Source: a candidate division FCPU426 bacterium (lineage in GTDB: Bacteria > Oederibacteriota > Muellerivitia > Muellerivitales > Muellerivitaceae). Taken from it: 64,000 nt of DNA. A program made the translations under genes and the position numbers. The notes below the pieces were generated by a model. It saw only the letters and a list, made by a program, of their open reading frames with translations. It was not told the origin of the DNA and made no database searches. How positions within the stretch are numbered: the first letter of the stretch is position 1; every line of letters begins with the position of its first letter. Shown here piece after piece: positions 10,806-21,419 of the stretch. The stretch spans positions 1 to 64,000 of the forward strand of contig CAWKAR010000003.1 of assembly GCA_963847625.1 (NCBI GenBank), in the 5' to 3' direction.

Positions 10806-11031
10806 CACAATCAAAGGCTTTAGCTGCTTGGATTATAAGGAAGCCGCGCAAAAAGAGCTTCAAAAGGAAACCAAGGGGATGACTTGGAAAGAAGAAGTGG
10901 AGTTTTACGGTAAAAAAGCCATGGAAGGCCCATTATCCAGCCTGGTGAAACGCCTTAAAAACAAACCGAAGCCAATCATGGCCCAGGAGTCACCCGCTAC
11001 CTATAAAAGCCGTTCCCAGAAAAGGAAATAA
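10792..11031 (+). CDS. Small putative antitoxin partner of the PIN toxin
   Basis: Overlaps the PIN stop; paralog of 12470-12709; start uncertain. Confidence 0.65.
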   Translation: MNRNDTIKGFSCLDYKEAAQKELQKETKGMTWKEEVEFYGKKAMEGPLSSLVKRLKNKPKPIMAQESPATYKSRSQKRK

Positions 11032-11039
11032 CAGTAAAA

Positions 11040-11369
11040 ATGAAACCTGTGAAAACCCGCGATAAAAAATTGTCCGAGATCGTCGGCCGTCTGGCGAAAG
11101 CCTATCGCCCTGACCGGATTTACCTTTTCGGATCCACCGCCAGGAGGGAAGCCGGCCCCGACAGCGATTATGACCTCATGGTGGTCGTTCCCGACGGAGC
11201 CCCCTCACGGTTGCGCCGTAGCCGCCTAGCCTATGAGAAACTCTGGGGTACCGGGGCCGCCGCGGACGTGCTGGTCTGGACCCGAAGTGCTTTCGAGGGC
11301 CGCGTCCGGGTGAAAGCCTCCCTCCCCGCCACCATTCTCCGGGAAGGCCGTCTTCTCTATGCCTCTTGA
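11040..11369 (+). CDS. Minimal nucleotidyltransferase (MNT antitoxin)
   Basis: IYLFGSTAR..PDSDYDLMVV. Confidence 0.9.
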   Translation: MKPVKTRDKKLSEIVGRLAKAYRPDRIYLFGSTARREAGPDSDYDLMVVVPDGAPSRLRRSRLAYEKLWGTGAAADVLVWTRSAFEGRVRVKASLPATILREGRLLYAS

Positions 11370-11874
11370 GCCCGGCCGCGTCGCCGAAACCAAATCCTGG
11401 CTGGAAAAAGCCGCCAAGGACCTGAGGGGTGCCGAAATCGACCGCAACGCCAATCCTCCCTTTTTTGAGGATGTCTACTTCCACTCCCAACAGCTCGCCG
11501 AGAAATCACTTAAAGCCTTCCTCTGTTGGCATGACAGGCCATTCCGTAAAATACACAATTTGATCGAACTGGGTGAGGCTTGTTGCCGCCTGGACACCAC
11601 CCTGGAATCCCTGCTCCGAAAGGCGGCGGTACTGACTGAATACGCCTGGAAATTCCGTTATCCGGGTGACGTGGATGAGGTTGATCCAAAGAAAGCCGAC
11701 GAATCCTTGATCCTGGCAACTAAAGTCTTTGGGGAAATTAAGAAGCGATTGCCGAAAGAAACCCACCCCGAAGATTTATATCAGAATAGCGGACCAAGCG
11801 TCCAAGAGCCGCACGCTATCTATACGGCCCGCAAACCCAAAGCGAAGCCGCGGCACCGGAAAAAAACAAGGTGA
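11359..11874 (+). CDS. HEPN domain protein
   Basis: FHSQQLAEKSLKAFL..RKIHNL..FRYP. Confidence 0.9.
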   Translation: MPLEPGRVAETKSWLEKAAKDLRGAEIDRNANPPFFEDVYFHSQQLAEKSLKAFLCWHDRPFRKIHNLIELGEACCRLDTTLESLLRKAAVLTEYAWKFRYPGDVDEVDPKKADESLILATKVFGEIKKRLPKETHPEDLYQNSGPSVQEPHAIYTARKPKAKPRHRKKTR

Positions 11875-12015
11875 AAAGGGCCGATTCATGGGGAAAATCA
11901 GCTGGTTTTTGCTATTTCCGGGGGGTTTTTGGTTAATTAAGCCGGCTGAATGTTTTATACTCAACGGCTCCCCCAAAAAGGGAAATGTAGAATTTATAAT
12001 GAAAATGAATAATTT

Positions 12016-12486
12016 ATGAAACAACACATGTTGCGTCTCTATATAGATACCTCGGTTTTCGGGGGATGTTTCGAGGAACAATTTGCGGCCGACTCTTTGC
12101 GGGTCATCCAATACGCGGAAAAGGGGAAGATTCATCTTTTAGTATCCGATACCGTCGTAGAGGAACTGGAAGGCGCCCCAGAACCCGTTAAAGGTTTATT
12201 TCGAAAAATACCACCGGTCTCATTAACTGTTATTCCCATCACCCGGGTTATTTTTGATTTAAGGGATGCCTATTTGGCGGCGAAAATATTGACACCTATC
12301 GCCCGAAACGACGCAGTACATGTCGCCGCAGCAACAGTTTCAAGCGCAGATGCGATAGTTTCGTGGAATTTCAAGCATATCGTGCAACTTGGGAAAATGC
12401 GGGCTTATAATAAAGTCAACTCGGATTGTGGGTATGGGTTTTTAAGCATAATTACCCCGCGGGAAGTGAATGATGAAACAATATAA
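12016..12486 (+). CDS. PIN domain toxin (paralog of 10335)
   Basis: LYIDTSVFGG..DAVHVAAA..SWNFKHIV; about 170 bp upstream is duplicated from 10160-10340. Confidence 0.9.
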   Translation: MKQHMLRLYIDTSVFGGCFEEQFAADSLRVIQYAEKGKIHLLVSDTVVEELEGAPEPVKGLFRKIPPVSLTVIPITRVIFDLRDAYLAAKILTPIARNDAVHVAAATVSSADAIVSWNFKHIVQLGKMRAYNKVNSDCGYGFLSIITPREVNDETI

Positions 12487-12709
12487 ACCCATAAAAGGTT
12501 TCGACGCCGTGGCTTTCAAGGAAAAAGCCCAACGGGAACTCTACCTAAAAACGCGTCATATGACCCCATCGGAGGAAATAGAGTTTTATCGGGCCCAAAC
12601 CCGGAAGGGTTCTTTTGCCTATCTTTATAACAAAGATAAGGAACCCCATCGGTTAGTAGTCCAAGAGTCTCCCGCGGCCTATAAAACCCACACCCGGAAA
12701 AGGAAATAA
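12470..12709 (+). CDS. Small putative antitoxin
   Basis: Overlaps the PIN gene; paralog of 10792-11031. Confidence 0.65.
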   Translation: MMKQYKPIKGFDAVAFKEKAQRELYLKTRHMTPSEEIEFYRAQTRKGSFAYLYNKDKEPHRLVVQESPAAYKTHTRKRK

Positions 12710-12717
12710 CAGTAAAA

Positions 12718-13893
12718 ATGAAAACAAATGCCACTCGACGCCAACATTCCAAAGACAATGTAGAATTTACAATGAATAATGTAAAATCACCGCGTCATCC
12801 GTCTAGCGCCAAGCGTTTTACCGCTTTTTTGCTTTTGCCGTGGTTTTCCAATTCAAAATTCATAATTCAAAATTCAAAATTAGAGCGCTTTTCGAGTTTG
12901 TTCGCTGTTTTGCGTTTGCCGTGGTTTTCCAATTCAAAATTCAAAATTCCACCTGCCATGAGCCTACAAAGCGAATGGCGAGGTTTGGTTGTCCCAACTG
13001 TTAATAAAACAGGTGGGAAAAATTCAAAATTTGAGCGCCTGCGCGCTATTGTACATTGTTCATTGTACATTTTTCATATGTTTATTCGGGTCTCGTCTTC
13101 AATTGTTCATTGTACATTGTCCATTGTCCATTGCTTCAGCCCCCGTCGCGCTATCGCTCTCTTCCTATCAATATTAATGATAAGTCCAGGCGCATTCGCG
13201 CAGGGAAGCAACACCCCTAAAAATAATAAAACAACGGAAACAGCCTCGGCGGAAACCAGCGCGGAAAACAATGAGTACCCTCCTTTATTAATCGGCCCCG
13301 GCGACCACCTCACCATCATGGTGTTGGGTTACGAGCACAACGTTTCCGCGAATACCGACTTTTCCTCCGGTGGCAAGTCCGGTTCAAACTCCAACCTCCC
13401 CTCGGAATATATGGTGGATTCGGATGGGCGAATCCTCTTCCCCTTCGTGGGCGTGATTAAATTGTCGGGCCTGTCCCCCATCGAGGCCGGCAATCTGCTT
13501 ATGAAAAAACTAACCCCTTATATGAAATACCCGCAGGTCACGGTGCTCATCACTCAAACCAACACCTACTGCATCGCAGTGCTGGGGGATGTGTTCAAAC
13601 CCGGGCAATATATGATTTTGGGCAAACCCAACCTGGTTTCCATGATGGCCCTGGCGGGCGGACCCATGCCGGAAGCCGACCTGGGTGGCGTGCTCATCAC
13701 GCGCGGAACGGAAAAAATCAAGGCCGACCTAGGTAAGCTTTTGAATGACAAGAATTACCACGGCACCGGGCCCACGGTTTACCCTGGTGACATTATTTAC
13801 GTGCCCAAAAACGGCTGGCCCAGCATGGGCGATTGGGCCATCGTGGCTTCCATCCTCGCCAGCGCGGCGGTTATCACCATAGAACTAAAATAA
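12718..13893 (+). CDS. Polysaccharide export protein (Wza/Poly_export + SLBB); true start uncertain, 5' part is translated repeats
   Basis: IGPGDHLTI, VDSDGRILFPFVGVI, VLGDVFKPG, LAGG, YPGDIIYVP. Confidence 0.85.
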   Translation: MKTNATRRQHSKDNVEFTMNNVKSPRHPSSAKRFTAFLLLPWFSNSKFIIQNSKLERFSSLFAVLRLPWFSNSKFKIPPAMSLQSEWRGLVVPTVNKTGGKNSKFERLRAIVHCSLYIFHMFIRVSSSIVHCTLSIVHCFSPRRAIALFLSILMISPGAFAQGSNTPKNNKTTETASAETSAENNEYPPLLIGPGDHLTIMVLGYEHNVSANTDFSSGGKSGSNSNLPSEYMVDSDGRILFPFVGVIKLSGLSPIEAGNLLMKKLTPYMKYPQVTVLITQTNTYCIAVLGDVFKPGQYMILGKPNLVSMMALAGGPMPEADLGGVLITRGTEKIKADLGKLLNDKNYHGTGPTVYPGDIIYVPKNGWPSMGDWAIVASILASAAVITIELK

Positions 13894-13903
13894 GGAAACC
13901 TTG

Positions 13904-14473
13904 ATGGAAACAGACTTAAACGAATTCGAACAAGAAGTGGAAGACAATTTCTCACTGAATGAGATCCTGCGCGTGCTGTTCCAGCATCAATACTTCATTT
14001 TTTGGTGCATCCTGGTATGCCTAACACTTTCCATCTTCTACGCCTATCTCTGGCCCCCCACCTATGAGGCCATAACAATCCTCAAGGTGCCGGACACGTC
14101 CCAAACCACCGAAGGTATGTTGAAAGCCCTGATGGAAACATCCGGCGATCCCATCAAAACCTATTTGGGGATCGCCCAATCCGACAGTGTGGCCGCTAAC
14201 GCATATACGGCCCTGAACCTCAAAACCCAGCCCGGCTCCACCCAAGGTGCTTCCCCTGAGGAACTCACCAATCCGGGGATCATCCACAACCTCAAGAGTG
14301 CTATAAAGGTTGAAAACGCCAGAGATTCTGACCTCATTACCATCAGCGCCAAAACCAAGAACCCCTCCTGGGCCGCGGAACTGGCAAACGCCTGGGCCCA
14401 GGGTTTCATCCAGGTAAACTTGCGACTCGCGCGCGAAAGCGCCCTGACCCGTTATGAGTTCATCCACAACTGA
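13904..14473 (+). pseudogene. Wzz/Wzc (GumC) chain-length determinant truncated by IS3
   Basis: SLNEILRVL..PPTYEA..SDLITISA..AAELANAWA; ends at the IS left end 14471. Confidence 0.85.
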
Positions 14474-15666
14474 CCTTTCCCCCGAAAACTGATCCAAAAA
14501 TATGTTAGTTTTGGATTATAGATCGGGAGGGGAAAGATGGCAAAGAAACGGTTTTTATCTGAGCAGATAGTGGCTATTCTCCGCGAGGCGGAGAAAGCTC
14601 CCGCCGTTGAGGAAGTTCTCCGAAAGCATGGCATTTCCGAGCAGACTTACTACCGCTGGAAACGCATGTACGGAAGCCTTGGAGTTTCCGAAGTCCACCG
14701 CATCAAACAGCTGGAAGAAGAAAACCGGAAACTCAAGCAGTTAGCGGGTGATCAGGCCCTGGCTATTCAGGTTCTCCAAGAGCACATAAAAAAAAAGGGG
14801 TATTGATCGAGGAGCAAAAAGGCATGGTGGAAGCCCTGAAGGCTCAGGAAGTACCGGAAAGACGAGCCTGTGATGTTCTTGGGGTAAATCGATCGAGTTT
14901 TCGATATGAGGCCCAGCCAGAAGATCCGTTGAACCAGGTGATCCTGCAGGAAATGGTTAAGTTAGCGCAAAGAAACCGACGTTTCGGAAGCCCTCGGATG
15001 TTGTGGATGTTGGAACGCAGAGGCCTTGATGTGAATCACAAGCGGGTGGAGAGGCTCTACCAGGTAGCAGGGCTTCAATTACCGCGCAGGAGACCCAGGA
15101 AGAAGAGGGTTCCGACGGAATGGAGAAGGCCCCACCCGGCTTTGGGTTCCAACGAGGTGTGGACGATGGACTTCGTGCATGACCTGACATGGTTCGGGGG
15201 AAAGGTGAAGTTTTTGACGGTGTTGGATGAAGGATTTAGGGAATGCTTGGAGATCCGGGCGGAGAAGCGAATGAGAAGCCGGGACGTGCTGGAGACGCTG
15301 GACGAGTTGATGACGGAGTACGGGACACCAAAGTGCCTGCGGGTGGACAACGGGCCAGAGTTCGTGGCGAAAGAACTGAGGAACTGGCTTGAGGAGAAGG
15401 GCGTAGAGGTGCTATATATCGAACCAGGGAGTCCATGGCAGAATGGATTCATCGAAAGTTTCAACGGAAAGTTTAGGGATGAGTGCCTGAACCAAGAAAT
15501 TTTTCTTTCAAAAGCGGAGGCCCAGGTAGTCGTGGATTGGTGGAGGCAGGTGTATAACTGGCAGAGACCGCACAGCAGTTTGGGGGGAAAAACCCCAATG
15601 GAAGCAAAGGCCGAAAAGTTGGGCCTTAACTAACTTAAATTTGGATCAAACATTGGGGGAAGGTCA
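14471..15666 (+). mobile_element. IS3 family (IS407-like) element
   Basis: IRs TGACCTTTCCCCG..GATCCAAA / TTTGGATC..GGGGGAAGGTCA; no target duplication. Confidence 0.9.
14537..15633 (+). CDS. IS3 transposase OrfA (14537-14806) / OrfB (14803-15633), joined by a -1 frameshift
   Basis: OrfA HTH (RFLSEQIVAILRE); A9GGGG slippery site at about 14788-14800; WTMDF, DNGPEF, PWQNGFIESFNG. Confidence 0.92.
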
Positions 15667-16356
15667 GGGAAGCTTGGCTTCGTGAATCTCGGGCTTGATG
15701 GCCTGGTTACTTCCTCGGCCTTGAACATTTTGGAACGTGAAAAAGTAGTTCCAAAAATAATTTTGGTCGAGGCTACGGATATTACACTTTCTACCAAATC
15801 GGGCAATGATGAATTAATTTTGAAACAACAAAATACTTTCAATCGTTGGTTATGGCGTTTTTGTCCGGCCTTTCGCCCGACATCCCGGCCTGGAAGTATG
15901 TTGTATTCCATGTTCAAGGAAGGGAAAGAAGAACCCGCGACTGCGGATTGGCTTGTCAAACAGCACATAACAGAAACGCAATGTAAGGAAGTCATTGAAT
16001 GGTGCGAAGATAGTGGGAATGATATACCGGAATCAATAAAGAATAATGCAGTGGTTATAATTTTACGGAATTGGCAAGACAGGGGTGTAAAGATCATTTT
16101 CGTTGGTATTCCCATAGGCCGTAACCCAAAACTGTCTCAAGCAATATACCAGGCGGCGCGATATTTGAAATCGCCTGTGATTAATCTAAAAAAAGCAGCT
16201 GACATAAAAGGAATATTTATGAACTATACCGATGGCGTACATTTGGATAGAGCCTCATCTGCGGTGTGTTCATTATGGCTGGAAGAAATACTTGAAAGAA
16301 AATTTTTAAATAATATGAGCATATCAGAAATTAAAATAAACGACGAATCCCGATGA
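15667..16356 (+). pseudogene. 5'-truncated SGNH-like protein
   Basis: Frame is open from the IS end; FVNLGLDG and YTDGVHL motifs. Confidence 0.55.
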
Positions 16357-16922
16357 AATTATGGAGATTTTTGAAACGGATTTTAGTATATCTCGCAATC
16401 ATTTTTATAATCCAATTCGTTTATTTCGCGTCAATATACTCATGTAAATCAACCTCTGAAAAATCGGACCTGGTCATGGTTTATGGCAGCCCTATTAGTT
16501 CTTACATGCGTGGCCTAGAGTTGGCTCGTCAGTTCCATTGCCCGCTTTATTTCTCGGAAGACACCCCAACTATTCGCAACCTCATTGATTCAATAGCAGA
16601 AAAGAACGTACTAATAACTTTCGATCCAAGCGCGCGCACCACGGATCAGAATGCCCGTAATTCCGCGGCATTTATCCAAAAAGGCAGATATAAGCGCGTG
16701 GCGCTGGTCTGCTACTGGGACCATGCACCCCGTGCCCTATTTCTCGCCCACCTGTATTTATTGGGTTCCGGCGTCCAGATTGACCTTTATCCCGATGAGC
16801 CTGTTCCCAACCGCTATTGGATGACCCGCGATTTTTGGATCCAGATGTTCAGGTTTTGGGGAAGTTTGGCGAGGGTGGGGTTGCATGTGGTGGGGATAGA
16901 CGACTGGCCGGCACATTCTTAA
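16353..16922 (+). CDS. YdcF/DUF218-like protein
   Basis: N-terminal TM; ARTTDQNARNSA; LVCYWDHAPRA. Confidence 0.75.
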   Translation: MKLWRFLKRILVYLAIIFIIQFVYFASIYSCKSTSEKSDLVMVYGSPISSYMRGLELARQFHCPLYFSEDTPTIRNLIDSIAEKNVLITFDPSARTTDQNARNSAAFIQKGRYKRVALVCYWDHAPRALFLAHLYLLGSGVQIDLYPDEPVPNRYWMTRDFWIQMFRFWGSLARVGLHVVGIDDWPAHS

Positions 16923-17446
16923 CAGAATGAGTTAGGAATGAGGAATTAGAAATTAGGAATTGATGGCAAAAAAAGCGAACCTCTCCCCATTCGGTTCAAA
17001 TCCCTTCGGTCTCTCCTTAGGTTGTCGCCAATCGGCGATATCCTGCTGTAATAGGATTGGGTATCTTCCTGAGAAGCTTTAATCCCTTTGGTCTCTCACT
17101 ATGTTGGCCAATTGCTTATAACAATTGGCACTACCAAGACCCATCCCTGCCACGGATGCAGGGGATACATGACATTCCAAAAAACTAGGAATGAATTAGG
17201 TATTTTGAATTGAAGGTCGAAAAGCACCTTCTTAAAACGAAAACCACCCATGAACTGGGGTTGCCACGCCTCAAAGTTCGAGGCTCGCAATGACAACAAA
17301 TTATGAATTTTGAATTGAAACCCTAAAAAGCCCACCCACCCCCCTTATTAGGCCCGCCCCTGAGGCCCCCCCGGCTTTCCATCATCCCCCAAAAAGGACT
17401 ATGCAAATTGCTATTTTAAATATAAAATTGCATAAACGAGGTTCGA

Positions 17447-18640
17447 ATGAAATTCCATTTTATACGCCGGGAAATCGAGGGGCCCATCCGCGAGGCTTCC
17501 CGCCAATTTCCTTCCATTGTCCTGACGGGTCCACGCCAAACGGGCAAGTCCACCCTCCTCCAGAAGCTCTTCCCCAAGCACGCTTACGCCACCTTCGACC
17601 TTCCATCCGTCCGGGCCAGGGCGCGAAAAGACCCCGAGCTGTTCCTGGAAACCCTCGGTACCCCGGCCATCCTCGATGAAATCCAGTACGTCCCGGAGCT
17701 CCTTCCTTACCTGAAGGTTGCCATCGACCGCAACCGGCCGAAGACGGGGCTTTACCTCATGACGGGCTCCCAGGTTTTCCACCTTATGGCGGGCATCACC
17801 GAATCCCTGGCGGGCCGGACGGCCCTATTCGAATTGCTTGGATTTTCCCTCACCGAATACCCTCCCGGCCCCGGTCAACGGGGTTGTTTTGAGCGCGTTT
17901 ACCGCGGCGGATACCCGGAAGCCTGCCTGGGCCGCGCCAGGCCCGAACGGTTCTACGCCGGATACCTGGCGACCTACCTGGAGAGGGATATCCGGCAGAT
18001 CCGGTCCGTCCAGGACTTGAACTTATTCCAGGATTTCCTGGAACTATTGGCCGCCCGATCCGGCTCCATCCTCAACATCAGCGAGGTCGCCAGGGACGCC
18101 GGCGTGAACCACCAAACCGCCCGCAATTGGCTTTCCCTCCTGGAAAGCACCCGAATCGTCTATCTTCTGCGCCCCTATTCCCGCAACCTGTCAAAACGGG
18201 TGGTCAAGAGCCCCAAGCTTTATTTCACCGATACGGGCCTATTGGCCCACTTGTTGAAGTACCCCGGACCCCACGCGATCCCAACCGGCCCCATGGCGGG
18301 GGCATTTTTCGAGACCCAGGCCGTGATGGAGGTGTTAAAGGGAAAGCTGAACCGGGGCCTCAACGCCGGATTGTATTATTACCGCGACTCGAACGGAAAC
18401 GAAGTGGACCTGGTGATCGACCTGGGCATGGAACGGCGCCTGGCCGAGATCAAGGTTTCCAAAACCCTGCGGCCGGAAACTTGGGGCGTACTCCGCCGGG
18501 CCGCGGCGACCCTGAAGGCGGAACGCTCCTATTGGGTGAGCCAGGCGGTCGAGGATATTGAGGTCGAAAGGGGTATCCACGCGCTTCCATGGATTAAAGC
18601 TGGAAGCATCCTGGACCCCGGAAATGCGCGCCATGGCTAA
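17447..18640 (+). CDS. AAA_14 / DUF4143 ATPase
   Basis: GPRQTGKS, ILDEIQ, ESLAGR, GGYP, KSPKLYFTDTG, EVDLVI..EIK. Confidence 0.92.
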   Translation: MKFHFIRREIEGPIREASRQFPSIVLTGPRQTGKSTLLQKLFPKHAYATFDLPSVRARARKDPELFLETLGTPAILDEIQYVPELLPYLKVAIDRNRPKTGLYLMTGSQVFHLMAGITESLAGRTALFELLGFSLTEYPPGPGQRGCFERVYRGGYPEACLGRARPERFYAGYLATYLERDIRQIRSVQDLNLFQDFLELLAARSGSILNISEVARDAGVNHQTARNWLSLLESTRIVYLLRPYSRNLSKRVVKSPKLYFTDTGLLAHLLKYPGPHAIPTGPMAGAFFETQAVMEVLKGKLNRGLNAGLYYYRDSNGNEVDLVIDLGMERRLAEIKVSKTLRPETWGVLRRAAATLKAERSYWVSQAVEDIEVERGIHALPWIKAGSILDPGNARHG

Positions 18641-19931
18641 ACTACTAGTCCTCCACCACTACTACCACCCTGATGACGCACCCATTCTTTATATGGGAAT
18701 GGGTACAACCAAATCTAATGCCTCGACTTGTAGTCTCGGCACAGGTGTGGCCGGCTCCATAATCTTTACGGGGCTTTGCGAGGATCTAGCTTCCAAGAGC
18801 TGGACCGTGGAAATCTGGCCCGCCAACCGCAGTTGCCACCATTACGACGCCCGGTATCCCCTGAAAAAAGAAACCATCAACGGCGTCACGGTCCGGCGCG
18901 TTTGGCGCCCTCCTTTCCGCCAGCATTCTTTCATCGGCCGGATCATCAACACAATCTGGATGCTGAAATTTTGGTGGCTGAGGCTGGCCCTCTCCCCCAA
19001 ATACCGGCCGGACGTGATCCTGACCGGCACCGATCCCATCTTTTCCATCATCCTGGTCCCCTGGCTGAGGCTCCTGAGGCCCAAAGCCAGGATCGTCCAC
19101 TGGTGCTTCGACCTTTACCCGGAATACGCCGCGGCCGAGGGCATGATAAAGGACAACGGCTTGGTCGTGAAAATCCTGGAGCCGTTCCTGCGGTTCTCCT
19201 ATAAGTTTTGCGACTTGGTCGTGGACCTTGGCTCCTGCATGAAACAAAAATTGGAGCGCTATTCGGTCAAAAAAACATTAACCCTGACGCCCTGGGCGCA
19301 GGAGGAGCCGGCCCAATCCATGTCTTTCGACATGAAGGAACGGGTGGAACTGTTCGGCAATTCCCACCTGGGCCTGCTTTATTCCGGCAACTTCGGGAGG
19401 CTCCATGAGTTCTACAACACCCTGAAACTGGCCCGTTTGATGAAGACGAAAGGTTCGACCAGCAAACCGACCGCCGTATTCACCTATGGGGTCCGGGGAA
19501 GCCGCTTGGCTGGGTTAAAACTGGCTGTCAACCCGGAAGATACCAACGTGCGTTTCGCGGATTTCGCCCCGCCTGACAGGCTGGCCACCCGACTTTCCGC
19601 GCCGGACATCCACCTGGTTTCCCTGAGGCCCGAGGCCACGGGCGTGGCCGTGCCTTCCAAGTTTTTCGGCGCCTTGGCGGTGGGCAGGCCCGTGTTGTTC
19701 GAGGGCGCGGTCACTTCCTGCATCGCCAGGTGGATCAAGGAATACCAGGTGGGATGGGTCTTGGGGCACGACAACCTGGAGGAAACCGCCAAGGAACTGC
19801 TGGCATTCTCCAAGAATCCCGAAATAAAAGCCGCCATGTTCAGGCACTGCCATACTGTTTACCAAGCAAAATTTTCCAAGAGGGCCATTTTGGCGCAGTG
19901 GGATAAAGAACTGCGAACCCTTTTAGTTTGA
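18633..19931 (+). CDS. Glycosyltransferase family 4 (WbuB/WcaI-like) with a 23-aa element insert
   Basis: YYHPD, DLYPE, LYSGNFG, VPSKFFGALAVGRPV. Confidence 0.85.
   Translation: MAKLLVLHHYYHPDDAPILYMGMGTTKSNASTCSLGTGVAGSIIFTGLCEDLASKSWTVEIWPANRSCHHYDARYPLKKETINGVTVRRVWRPPFRQHSFIGRIINTIWMLKFWWLRLALSPKYRPDVILTGTDPIFSIILVPWLRLLRPKARIVHWCFDLYPEYAAAEGMIKDNGLVVKILEPFLRFSYKFCDLVVDLGSCMKQKLERYSVKKTLTLTPWAQEEPAQSMSFDMKERVELFGNSHLGLLYSGNFGRLHEFYNTLKLARLMKTKGSTSKPTAVFTYGVRGSRLAGLKLAVNPEDTNVRFADFAPPDRLATRLSAPDIHLVSLRPEATGVAVPSKFFGALAVGRPVLFEGAVTSCIARWIKEYQVGWVLGHDNLEETAKELLAFSKNPEIKAAMFRHCHTVYQAKFSKRAILAQWDKELRTLLV
18678..18746 (+). mobile_element. Family B palindromic element, in-frame in the GT
   Basis: Hairpin CACCCATTC..GAATGGGTAC + AACCAA + CCTCG..CTCGGCACAGG; absent at the homologous site of paralog 50949. 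Confidence 0.8.
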
Positions 19932-20017
19932 GTTCAATTTGCTTTAATCCTCACCATGGCCCCATTGGCTTGGCACACCCAATGCATGTGTCTCGCCTGG
20001 TAGGCTCGACACAGGGG

Positions 20018-20085
20018 TACCAAGCCCATTTTTCTAAGAGGGCCATAGTGGACAAATGGGAAAAGGAACTAAAGGTTCTTTTAGC
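20018..20085 (+). pseudogene. 3' stub of a GT4 paralog
   Basis: YQAHFSKRAIVDKWEKELKVLL resembles YQAKFSKRAILAQWDKELRTLL. Confidence 0.7.
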
Positions 20086-20288
20086 CACGGATTCAGGGGA
20101 TGCACACGGATAGCCAAGGCATTCATGAAAACCACACGAATGAATGGATTCGACTTCCTTTGGTCGCTCACCACATGTTTTGAATTCTCAATTTTAAATT
20201 TTGAATTTCGGAAGGTTCTACATTCGTGGACTCATTCGAACTGTTAAGCTTATAGAAATAAGACCCCCAGAGCAGGACAAAAAAATGA

Positions 20289-20448
20289 CTAGAAAACAAC
20301 ATTAATCCCGGCTTGGATGGGGAAAAATAGAATAGGATTGTCGGAATAAAACTCCCCTTTCGGCACACTGCTTTCGGCCGTCGTCTCGAAATCCATCGCC
20401 ATTTTCATTCGCAGGAACAAGTCCAATCCCCCCGCCAAACCCAACCCT
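20289..20448 (-). pseudogene. 3' stub of the outer-membrane barrel gene family
   Basis: LAGGLDLFLRMKMAMDFETTAES..YSDNPILFFPIQAG matches the genes at 21420 and 25014. Confidence 0.8.
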
Positions 20449-20462
20449 TTAATGCCTTTTCC

Positions 20463-20840
20463 TTATTCATTTATTTTTTCATTCGCCAATTTCAAGAATT
20501 CTTTAGCACGATTTAATTGAATTTCAACAGCTCCCTTTGAAAGGCTGCTCCCAGAATCATAATCGCCAACGTTTCTGCTATCCCCCGCTTCGATCAAGTA
20601 TCGGTGGAAGTGGGCGGGAACACGGCCAGGTTTTGCGAATAATTGGCCGAATGACGCTATAACGGATGAATGTTTGGAAAATGCGGAACCTTCACCTAAT
20701 AAAAAAGCCTCCGCGATATAAAACATGCAGTAATAGGCCCTGGAAACGGCAAAATCAAAATATTCGTTCTTGGCCAATAATTCAGCCGCTTCCAAGCTTT
20801 CCTTTGCCTTATCCAGCAACGCTTTTTGTTCCGGGATCAA
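20463..20840 (-). CDS. HEPN domain protein
   Basis: AVSRAYYCMFY..SKHSSVI..RNVGDY. Confidence 0.9.
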   Translation of the reverse strand: MIPEQKALLDKAKESLEAAELLAKNEYFDFAVSRAYYCMFYIAEAFLLGEGSAFSKHSSVIASFGQLFAKPGRVPAHFHRYLIEAGDSRNVGDYDSGSSLSKGAVEIQLNRAKEFLKLANEKINE

Positions 20841-21157
20841 ACCGCAACGCCTTCACGCCGGACGTTTAACAGCAAGGGGCTTTGTTCCTTGAGGTAACGG
20901 TCGATGGATACGAACACGCAGGAAATAGCCACGTTATATTTCAAGGAAAGATTAGCTGTAAGTTCCCCGATTCTGGAAATTTCCTTCCCGGCGTCAACCT
21001 GATCTTGAAGGACGATCATCAAGTCAATATCAGAGGAAGGGCTTGAATCCCCCCTGGCTTGCGACCCGAATAAGATGACCTTATTTAACCTGGCCCCGTA
21101 AACATGGTTTAAAAGTTTTCGGGCTTCTTGAAGCAAGATATTCATTTCTTTAGTCAT
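20837..21157 (-). CDS. Minimal nucleotidyltransferase (MNT)
   Basis: VILFGSQARGD..SDIDLMIV. Confidence 0.9.
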   Translation of the reverse strand: MTKEMNILLQEARKLLNHVYGARLNKVILFGSQARGDSSPSSDIDLMIVLQDQVDAGKEISRIGELTANLSLKYNVAISCVFVSIDRYLKEQSPLLLNVRREGVAV

Positions 21158-21419
21158 TGGATAACCCCTTTAACTTATTATAACAAAGGGTGTTTCCAAA
21201 ATAGGGCCTTATTAGCCATTTACCCCAAATATTCGCACTGTTCCCAAAAGCTAGAAACGGGCACGGATGCGCCCGAACGGTTCGACAGGGGCTTCGACTG
21301 AGCTCAGCCGAATGTCCTCACCGCAATGTTTTGAATTCTTAGTTTTGAACGGTTCGATGTACTCACCGCAATGTTATGAATTATTGAGGATTTCCGAATA
21401 ACGGAAATCGATCCGAAAT

